Shown one piece after another: positions 54,123-64,000 of a stretch of DNA of 64,000 nt. The number at the start of each line of letters is the position of its first letter. Position 1 is the stretch's first letter. The position numbers and the translations under genes were made by a program. This DNA comes from Trichoplax sp. H2 (taxonomy: Eukaryota), in contig NOWV01000182.1 in NCBI GenBank assembly GCA_003344405.1, forward strand, positions 62,001 to 126,000, in the 5' to 3' direction. Under the pieces are notes generated by a model, which saw only the letters and a program-made list of their open reading frames with translations, did no database searches and was not told the origin of the DNA.

Positions 54123-56412
54123 TTAGATAGTCTCGGTATCGACGGCAGTATCACTGCTTTTGCTACTTTCATCTGTAGTATCAGCATTAGACCTTTTTTG
54201 CTGGAAAGAATCATCGTAATTACCTCTCAACTTAAATAGTTGTTTAAAATGAGGTTTGCAATATAGTACTCCACGCAAACCAGCAAAATTGCCAGCACTA
54301 ATTTAGTAAAGGAAAAAATGACATACAATCAATTATAATCGATAAGAAATGTAATAAATTATGTAAGAGTGAATTCAAATTCTCTTCAAACCTCAACGTT
54401 TTTTTACACTCTGTACAGCGAAAGCAAGTCTTGTGATAACATTTTCCATCGGCTTCTAATCGCTCCATAAAATAAGCTACTTTACCACATAATTTACATG
54501 TTTGATTTTGAGAGCCAAAGCGAGCAGCAATGCCACTAGCTCGACTAGTTGGTTTTGCTTGGGATACCTTAGCATCGTCAGTCATGATGTTATTATTAGA
54601 ATGTAAATGAAAAGTTTGTTTTTTTGTAATCTTACAACTTGATTGATTAGTGTATATAATAGCAGTAGTTGCGTACTAATGTTAGACTATGCTATCGTAC
54701 TCTACTATTTTTTGGTCTGTGAACTGACAAATTACGCCAATTAAATTACAAGTGTCCGTATTTTGCCGTTAATTTCAATCTATCCGTAGTAATAAATATC
54801 GCTAACTGAGAGTATTGGAAAAATAAGTATAAATACACTACCGAATTTTCACGAGATCTCTTCTCAAACAATTCAGACATCTACAGAAGAGCAAAGTGCA
54901 AAAAAATACATCGTCAATTACAAGCGTTTCAAAGTTCAATGCAAATTAAGTTGTTTATCCATCTCTATTCTACCTATAGCATTCAAAAGTAAATATAATG
55001 CAATTATTATGGTTAACTATTTAACTTAAATCAACATATGTACATTGGGTCAAGTTTGTAAACTTGAAATAGGAATGTATTTTTCGATTGTTTAACGACT
55101 AGGTCAATATGGTCAATAAAACATCATTGGATGTCAATAAAGATAATCAATAGTCTAGATGTATTTCTTTTATTTTACCTTTCTAGCACTTCTGCTGGCT
55201 GTAGTTGCTTCGTCTTCTGCCTAAAATCGCAGTTGACGAGGATTAGATTATGATGTCATTATCGTAGAATAGAGTAGAGATTTTTATGTATTGAATCGTC
55301 AATTACAACATGTTACTCTACTGTAGTTCTACATATCCAAGCCAACCTCTTCATTGACGTCTTCACTAATCGAACGGCCAAAGTTACTACCCTCATATTT
55401 TGTTTGTTTAAGTTGCACCTTACGAACACTAGCAAAAAATGACTATCATCAACATTGGACGGCAGGAGTAGAAAAGTTACTACGATATTGATGTCGGTAA
55501 AAGGCGCCGTTTTTAAAAGTATTCATGGTAGGATACTTATTTTAACAGGGAAAAGATAATTGATATCAAGTAATTACCCAACAGATGACTTTCTTTCCAT
55601 ATTGTTAATCTTCAATTGTAAACTACTAATCTGTAATATCAAAGTATCGATACATTTAGCAAAGGGTACAGTATACTGTAGATCGAAGTTAGAAGCTACA
55701 AGGAACTTACTTGACTGTCCTTCGATTTAATTTGCCTGTCCAATTCTCGTTTTTGTTCCATTAGTGCAACTCGAGACTCTTTCAGATCTGTCATCGCTTG
55801 GCGTAATTCATTGAGCCTCGCTTCATGGTTTGATATTGTGCCATTTCCATCAGCGTCTAAAGTAGAAGAGAAAATAGATATACTGTATAAACCTCATTCA
55901 ATCCATTTTCTAACACTTGAACGAGTTTTATTGCTCTTCTAGCTCAGTTACATATCTACAGCGTATCATATAGACCAGGCGATGATGAATGCTTGCCGAT
56001 CGATAATTATTATTTACGTCCATGTCATCATGACACAATTCTTATTACTTACTTTTATTATTTGTAATGTTGGGGTCATCGTTGACAGGCTATGGCAAGA
56101 AATAACATGAGTAGATCAAGTTAATTCATTGACGAAATTGATTAACTTTACACATATTCAATAGGAGCAACTTGCACATGTAAGTTTGTAAGCAAAATCT
56201 ATCTTATCGAAATTTTACTCATTTACTACGTAGTCATTATTAACTTTCTGGTTGCAGTCATAACTACAAACCCTAGTTAAAACCTGGAATAAAATCCACT
56301 GATCTATCATACTTGTTCACATTGTCATACTAAGTTTATTTGTTTCCCATTACCAAATATATCATTTTTACACATCAGGTAACTTATCTATTTTACCTAC
56401 CTCAATATCCAT
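54123..56412 (-). CDS. Single LIM-domain protein (LIMD2/EPLIN/XIRP-type LIM) with N-terminal coiled coil
   Basis: LIM exons 54585-54392 and 54297-54123 give [67 protein letters not shown]. Upstream micro-exons 56412-56401, 56089-56053, 55856-55711, 55220-55179 and 54880-54842 splice in frame to an acceptor at 54630. The LIM part is more certain than the upstream part. Confidence 0.8.
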
Positions 56413-57119
56413 GTTGATAGCACGTACAGCGGCTTTGCGATAATACGATGCAGTAGTTTTACTTTTTCCTCCAAGATATGAATTTAGACTTTGTTGTAGG
56501 TTTCCTTTATCTCAGTTTTACCTATTGAAGGATGATGATGGTTAATATAGAGTTACTAAAAAGCCTTATCGTGCACGTATAATAATGTCTTTTTTAACTT
56601 CTACATTGTTTGTCGTCTTGCGTTTACTACTCCCTTTCCAATCTGCACTTAAAGTAAGAACATGATTGGCCAATTTTACTTCAATAATAAGGAATTGTAC
56701 AGCAATCATTTATGCTGATCTCTAGCCATTCTATCGAAGGCAGTATATCCAGTTACTATTTTAAAATGGACAAGTGATATTAATGCTGCTACAAATGGCT
56801 GATTGCTTATAGTCTCATCAAGTACAGAATTATAGATGTAGTAGATGAGTAATAGTGCTACAAGCCATCGACCTAGATGCTTTGCAAGGTCCATGATAGG
56901 AGCAAGTAATAATCATCTCTGGTCATAGTTGAGAAGGCTAAAATTTGAAGAAGGACGATAGCAATAAATAACGATGTAAGTGAATGCAATTCATCTGTAA
57001 TCGTTAAAAAAATTCATTCATTTCATTAAGAAGAATAAGCCATGCTACAAACTACAAATATCAAGCCACCTAGAGGAATAAAATACTCTAACTGCATGCA
57101 AAATTAATTTTGCAAAAAG

Positions 57120-57760
57120 AGGTTGTGTCCTCATACTCGAGCTAGAATTGAACTCGTTCTATTACGACTTGTCTAATTTCCTAGCCATGATGGCTTCAAA
57201 TTCATTCTCAATTTACTACAAGAGATTCACTGGTGTTTAGTATTATAGATGTCTGATAGAGGCATTGAGCCTGAACTTGAGCGAAAATTAAGCTTGATCC
57301 CTTGCGACTTGTCTTATTTCTTGCTCATTATGGCTATTGTGTCCTCATACTTAAGCTACAATTGAACTCAATCTATTGCTACTTGTTCTATTTCTTACTC
57401 ATGATGGCTTCTAAATTCAATTTGTCAAAGGACATTCGTTTCCAGTACTAGTATGGATGTTAAAATAAAGAAATTGTACCCAATCGATTGCGGCTTTTCC
57501 TATTTCCTACTCATGATGCCTTCTGAAATTCAATCTGTCAAAAGAGAGACTTTCTTCGTATTATAATTATGGGCATAAAAAATAAAAAAATTGAGCCCTG
57601 GGCTAAAACTAGAATTGAAGTCGATTGATTGCGACATGTTCTATTTTCTACTGATGATGGCTTATGATCCACTCTCCATTTGCCATAAAAGATTCGTCCC
57701 TTGTACCAAGGGTGTTAGGATAAAGAAATTGATCGTGAACTCGATCGCTCGTGATTTGTT
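57120..57760. repeat. Old, degenerate tandem repeat cluster
   Basis: A gcgacttgt..tatttc.tactcatgatggctt-like motif recurs at ~57163, 57303, 57377, 57489 and 57629. ttgtgtcctcatact occurs twice. Confidence 0.7.
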
Positions 57761-58899
57761 CAAAAAAGAATCAATCCATTGGCTGCTAACTGACTTGAAC
57801 CCATCTATGAATCGCCATGTTGAGTAAGCCTGACGGCAGAAAAGCTTTTTCCTTCATTGTAGAATGATTATGGAGCTTATTATGACAGCTTGAGCATATT
57901 ATTTGTTGTTGTTCGTTGCGATGAAATTAAATAGAATAAAAATTACAGGCTCATTCATAACTCTGCTTATTAATTATATTATTAATGTTCATGTCCATGG
58001 GATAGTGGAAATACAAATAGAGTTAGCTTGGGGCCAACAGCGGTCATAATTTCATCTAGCAATATTGATCAGTTTGCAGTGATTATCGGTATAAAGCGCA
58101 ACTGCAGTCTGTTCCATATGATTTCTAATTTCATTTTCTCCGTAGATAAAGCTAAATCAAGGATATCCATTGCAAATTGTGGCAATGGCCATATTTCATT
58201 TTGGGCAAACAGGAAGCAATGACTAACTAATGTAATAGCAGAAAAATTGTGGCAAATATCACTGCGGGATGTTATACTCGTCACAATAATAAACATTATA
58301 AACTGTATACTCGTATATAATTAATAAACGAATTGTTATATTAATAAAAACAAGTGATCAAGTCGAAATTTCTTGTTACGACTTAATTAAGGTATGATTC
58401 AGTTTTATATGCTATTATGAAATTGCGAACTCATGTTGCCCATCGTAGGGCAGAATCTCTTCCTTAGGTCCTACTGCAGTTTATGAAACAGAAGTGTTTA
58501 ATGGCGACCTCGATCCACACAAGCCATGACAATGTGTGCTTGAAAGAGATCCTCTCATCTTCGTAAATACATCCATAATACATCCGAATAGTAAAATGAA
58601 ATTTAAAGAATCAAGTGCTACTATCGTTTTTTATTTAGTAATATCGTGGAAAGCTCTAACTAGGCCTCTGTGTAGCGATTTCAATGATAGAATGAAATCG
58701 TATCGTCAAAAGCTTGAACTAGGTCTCTATCCCATGTAGGGATTTCAATATCAACGATAGAATGAAAACGAATGGTGAAAAGCTGTAAAAGAAAAGGACA
58801 CTGCTATCCTATGTAGTAATTTCAATACCCATGACAGAATCAGTTGCAAATCATCTGTTGTCATAGTCAATAAATTCCAAATGATGAGAAAGTAAAATC

Positions 58900-60250
58900 A
58901 AGAGCTCTAATGATGATGATCCATCACCTTAGGCAGAGATTACTTTGCCGCATGTAATGGTTGAAATGATAGGGAAAAATCGCCAATGAATTGCAAAGTA
59001 TAAAAAGCCAACTGCAATCCTGGCAGATTTCATCACCATCCTCATCAACACTTTCCTGCCAACGTTGGTCCACTTTAACTTCATTAAAAGCAACTTGATT
59101 GATTCGGATGATCAATCTCATGATGGAACTCTTTCATTTTACCATAGTCATCACAGTAAAGCGTCCAATGTAGCAAATGACTCCACCAAAATGCTGCTAT
59201 GGGCATAATTGAACTGATCTTCAAAGTACCGGACTTGATCCATTTTGACCCTCGAGATGTAAACTTGAAGGCCATGATTAAATCATCAAGTAGTTGAAAA
59301 TCACTGCAGGATACCCCGTTATGATAACATCTTCCATCATGATTGGACAGAGTATGTGAAGACAAATCCAATATATTGTACTATTGCCGCTATCACACCG
59401 ATCCAATGCTATTTATTGGATGCACACGGTGAAAATATCCTATCCCAATCGACTCCATCTCTAAACATGATCGAACGGCCTAATGTTGACAAATATCACC
59501 CTCGCATCATGGGCGTTATTGCACGATTTCAAGTCAGAATTAATCCATCTAATCTTGTGCTTGTTTTACGTATCGTTGATGGCCACTGATGAAATCTTAA
59601 ACTGTGAAAATATGCTCGCCATGTCATCCAATAGCTCAATCATCATTTCATCTTCAAAACGAAACCTTTCCTTTCTCGAACATACAGTAGAGGATACTAT
59701 CAAAATGGGCTCATGGCTACTAGGATTGACAATTACATGTTGAATGGAGATTTTGACCTCGTTGTTATCCTTCCCTTCTCCTACTGATCCCATTCCAACC
59801 CTACACCATCATAACATAGGAGAACTTGAGGAAGATTGGATCATCGAGATCAAAGCTTTTTCTTCGACCTCCATGTTGATGGCAATCCATAACAGGGACC
59901 ATGTCAGTATCGATATTTGTCATCAGCTGATGTTCAATTCATCTCTAAACTCGAACTCTAACTAGGTCAAAGTCATCATCACCATCACCAAGTGGGAAAA
60001 CTTTTGGATAGTATGAACTACATCATATCGAATAATCCTCCATCAGGACTGTGTCAGCATTTACAGCTAATTAAAACTACATCTGCTAAATACGTCACAG
60101 CTACTATAACAAAAATAAGAGAATTTCGGGGGATGTGGACCATCGAGTTCCAAAAATTTTCCTCGTTCCCTCTACGGTATGAGCTACGCCATATCGGGCA
60201 GGAATCAATCGAAAGTCTTGCTATCCTAGCCTGCCATCACTGATCCCTGG
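58900..60250 (-). pseudogene. Possible decayed coding or mobile-element sequence, unidentified
   Basis: Cluster of short, overlapping or frame-shifted ORFs (58924-59121, 59084-59371, 59566-59793) with higher GC than the flanks. No family recognised. Confidence 0.2.
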
Positions 60251-61466
60251 CCATTCCTCCATTGCGATTGTGTCAGCGTTAATTCATCATCAGCTGATGT
60301 TTAATTGATTTATCCTACCATAAACTAACATTCTAAACAACGGCTCCTACAATCAAGTGAGTGTTATTATTCTAGAGGACATGGAGGACACAGACGACGA
60401 CATGTCAAGTAGAAATTCATGAAAGTCTGTTATTCTAGCCTGCTCTTACTGATCCCTTCGTACTCCTTCCTCTACAGTTAATAGACTACGGCATACCGAG
60501 TAGAAATGGATCAAGTCTTGTTCGCTCAGCCTGTTCTCACTAATGACAATATTCTCAAAATATCCGATTATGTAGGGTGCATTGATTATCAGCTGGTGCT
60601 GAATTTCCACCCAATCGTAAACACAGTCTATCCGATCACATCGCTAACAGCAATCATAATACAGTAAAGTAAAAAAACAGAGAATTGATCGAAGTCTCGT
60701 GATCCTAGCTCTCACAACATCAATAATACACTTTTACATATCTTTTATCATTAGCCGCGATTGCAATGCTCGCAATAACATCCAATTTCCAACACACCCT
60801 ATGATGAATTAACGCTTCCATAAACAACTATTGCCCCATGGACGACAGTAAGACAACTCCACTATGGCTGCTATAATCGCAGCTTGACTCAACGATTAAA
60901 ATAAATCAATACCAATGTTGTTGTAGATGATTAATTGAATTGGATATGATCTCTTACCTTGTTGCGATGATGCAGTTCGCTTAATCGTTCAATCATGTCA
61001 TCAAGTATTCATGCAAAGGAAAAGAATACATTGTTTATTCGAGTAGAATAGTTATTCTTAACATCAATCATCATCATCATTATTGATGATGGCTATTCTA
61101 GCTCAATCAAAGAACATGACAAGGATAAAATGGCCATTTTTTTTTACCTTTTCGATTTGGGAATGGCCGCCCAGGGTCCAGGATAGGGAGACCAAATGTT
61201 TATGACATACCTATAGAATGCCCGAATCCTTACATTGACCGTGACATTTACATCAATCGGGAGGGCCAGTAAATTATGTCGGCAAAGTAGGGGTGGTCCA
61301 GTTCTTCATGATCGGCGCCATTCTCCTAGTATCATGCTCTATACTACACTACGAGATCCATATTGTGCTTTGTCATGGATGTCCAGTAGAGTCTTGCTTT
61401 TGCTCTCCCGTACAAAAGCTTGTTGATTCTGAGGTAAGCTAATCATTTCCTACTGCATTCATCATT

Positions 61467-62260
61467 CACCGTCCAGCAAATAAGCAAGTCTTTCCACAGC
61501 AATGGCCATCGACATGCGGACGGATGGGTTATCCAACTCCAATTGCATTACTGCCATCGTTGACCCTTAGCGATGGATTCAAGTAATAATGAAGAAGCAA
61601 AATGAGCTTGTACTGTTAGGAGACAGCAAGGACTAGACAATATCGTAAAAAGGAAGTCTTTCCTCTGCAATAATCATCGACATGCGGACGGATGGGTTAT
61701 CCAACTCCAATTGCATTGCTGCCATCGTTAACCCTTAGCGATGGATTCAAGTAATAATGAAGAAGCAAAATGAGCTTGCACTGCTAGGAGACAGCAAGGA
61801 CTAGACAATATCGTTGCTTTATAGCAAGTTGAACAGATAGCTGAATTCAACCTCAGCACATCTGTACACCGTCCAGCAAATAAGGAAGTCTTTCCACAGC
61901 AATGGCCATCGACATGCGGACGGATGGGTTATCCAACTCCAATTGCATTGCTGCCATCGTTAACCCTTAGCGATGGATTCAAGTAATAATGAAGAAGCAA
62001 AATGAGCTTGTACTGTTAGGAGACAGCAAGGACTAGACAATATCGTAAAAAGGAAGTCTTTCCACTGCAATAATCATCGACATGCGGACGGATGGGTTAT
62101 CCAACTCCAATTGCATTACTGCCATCGTTAACCCTTAGCGATGGATTCAAGTAATAATGAAGAAGCATGATGAACTTGCACTGTCCTGAGACTGCAAGGA
62201 TTGAACAAATATCGTTGCTTTATAGCGATTGAATAGATATCTAGAATGCACATCAGCACA
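61467..62260. repeat. Higher-order tandem repeat: 2 x 400 bp, each a dimer of 168- and 232-bp monomers
   Basis: The core tcgacatgcggacggatgggttatccaactccaattgcatt occurs at 61509, 61677, 61909 and 62077 (spacing 168/232/168). caccgtccagcaaataag occurs at 61467 and 61867. Confidence 0.93.
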
Positions 62261-64000
62261 TATAGTCTTTAGTCGTTTTGATCAGTTATGCTTTTGGTAT
62301 TGTCGTAACATCGCCTGTCCTGTAAACTACTGCTTGTTACCTTGTAGTGTACGCGCCATACAACGTGGGGAATCCTAGATATCGTACAATATTATTTATT
62401 TATTTACGGCTTATCTAAACCTTATCTAATGTTACTAGATTAAGATTACATGCTACAAATGTTCACGTGCATTAGGATATGGTATTCAAGTTATGTTGGT
62501 ACTAGAGCTGATTGGTTGTCACAGATCTTATGTCTCGTTAACGTGTGTATGATATCGCGCTTGGCATGCGCTTCCAATAAAATAGACTAAAGAAAAGGAA
62601 AGCTCAAAGTCTCAGATCTTGATCTCGTTACAGGTATTACTTAAATTATGGATTACGAAAGTACTCAATTTGTTTTCAAATGCATATTGCGTTGAGAAAT
62701 GCTGGAATACCGTATTGTTGTGATGTACTTTTTTCAGTATGTAATAACAACACGAAATGGCTAATCTGATCAAGATCGTGCAGTGCCATGAGTTTTCTCA
62801 TTTCATCAAGGCCGTGCAGTGAAAAGGGTTATCTTATGAAATGCCTGCAAGTACTTCAGTAAAGATACATAAATCAAATTGCCAATCTTATCTTGATCGA
62901 GAAGTTGCAAGAGCTATCTAGCTGGAATCATTTACATTAACCTCAGCTACTATGCTTTCGATAATGTCCTATTGTAAGATCTCTCTTCACTTCACTTATA
63001 TTTGATCAATTTGCTAGAATTAGCAAAACACTATCTTATCTCACAATATTACAATTACTGTACTTTCGATAGTACTTAGGACGTATAACTAGAATATAAC
63101 TTGGCTAGTTAATACTGAAGGAATCTTAAAATTTACGCGGTACTACACCTACCTACGGACAAAAATGACTCATAGCACAATCGAGATAGTTTATGAATCA
63201 CAACATGAATTTTCGTTTGCTAGTCAATGCATGATAGACTAAAGAGATAAAATGAGCTTGCACTGTCAGTAGACAGCCATGACTTTAAAATTGCTAGTCC
63301 TATCAAGGTCGTGCTATTACAGAAGATGGTACATGTAATTAATTTACACTATTGGGTTATAGCAGTGTAAGTAAACATACAAGTCAATGGAAAATAAAAT
63401 CGCAAACTAAAATCATGAATATCGATTTCTGCGAGCAATAGACAACTCAATTGAAATATTTAATAAAGTTTACAGCATACAGCTACTGGAGTAATGTTGT
63501 CAATTCTAATCAACCGAACTCTGTAAAGCTATAGTACTGTATACATGCAAATTCTAGCTCAAATAGACCCTATTCACTACCATATGCTGTTTTTGCAACA
63601 GTTTCGACCAGAGTTAGAAGCCCCTTTTCAACATGATCTCAAAATACAATTTTTGAGATCCCCAAGACTTCATGATAACAGAAGTAAGTCATTTTGATAA
63701 CAATCCATTTTTAAGTATTTTCAGCAATATAGGAAAGAATACTTCAACTATTGCAACATAGTCGAATTTCAACTACTGTATTGCTATGCATGCAATACTG
63801 CAACACAAATTATATATTAGCCACAGTTTGTAAGCCCTGCGCTAGCCAAGACATTCACACATAGTGAATCTAATCAAACCAAATTCAAGCAATCATGATA
63901 GAAAAGCTAGACTATAGCCTTGTATACAACTACATTTTCTAATAGGCATGTAGCTGCTTCGGCCAGTGGGTTCGTAACATACACGCATACCCATCACCTT

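Overview
AT-rich eukaryotic genomic DNA with short GT-AG introns, from an early-branching animal. Gene content, intron sizes and TACAG/CTGTA repeats suggest a placozoan such as Trichoplax; this is an inference and was not verified. I hand-spliced eight genes. In order: (1) 5' part of an ANF/LIVBP-domain receptor, probably an ionotropic glutamate receptor (-). A ~14.5 kb non-coding stretch follows. (2,3) A tandem pair of ADAM-family genes. The first is a secreted, catalytically dead copy with an acidic His-containing pro-segment and 8 x 26-aa mucin-like repeats; the second is a complete membrane-anchored ADAM. (4,5) WDHD1/AND-1 (-) head-to-head with RAD51AP1 (+), separated by a repeat-filled spacer carrying two E2F-type sites. 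(6) A divergent MRPL28. (7) A near-intronless extended-Tudor protein with degenerate aromatic cages and a Y/P/R/H-rich tail. A haplotype-like duplication across an N gap and an LTR-like segment come next. (8) A coiled-coil + LIM (LIMD2/EPLIN-like) gene (-), followed by several tandem repeats including a 400-bp higher-order repeat. The strongest novelty candidate is the pseudo-ADAM/mucin chimera beside its intact paralog. I saw no RNA genes or CRISPR arrays.
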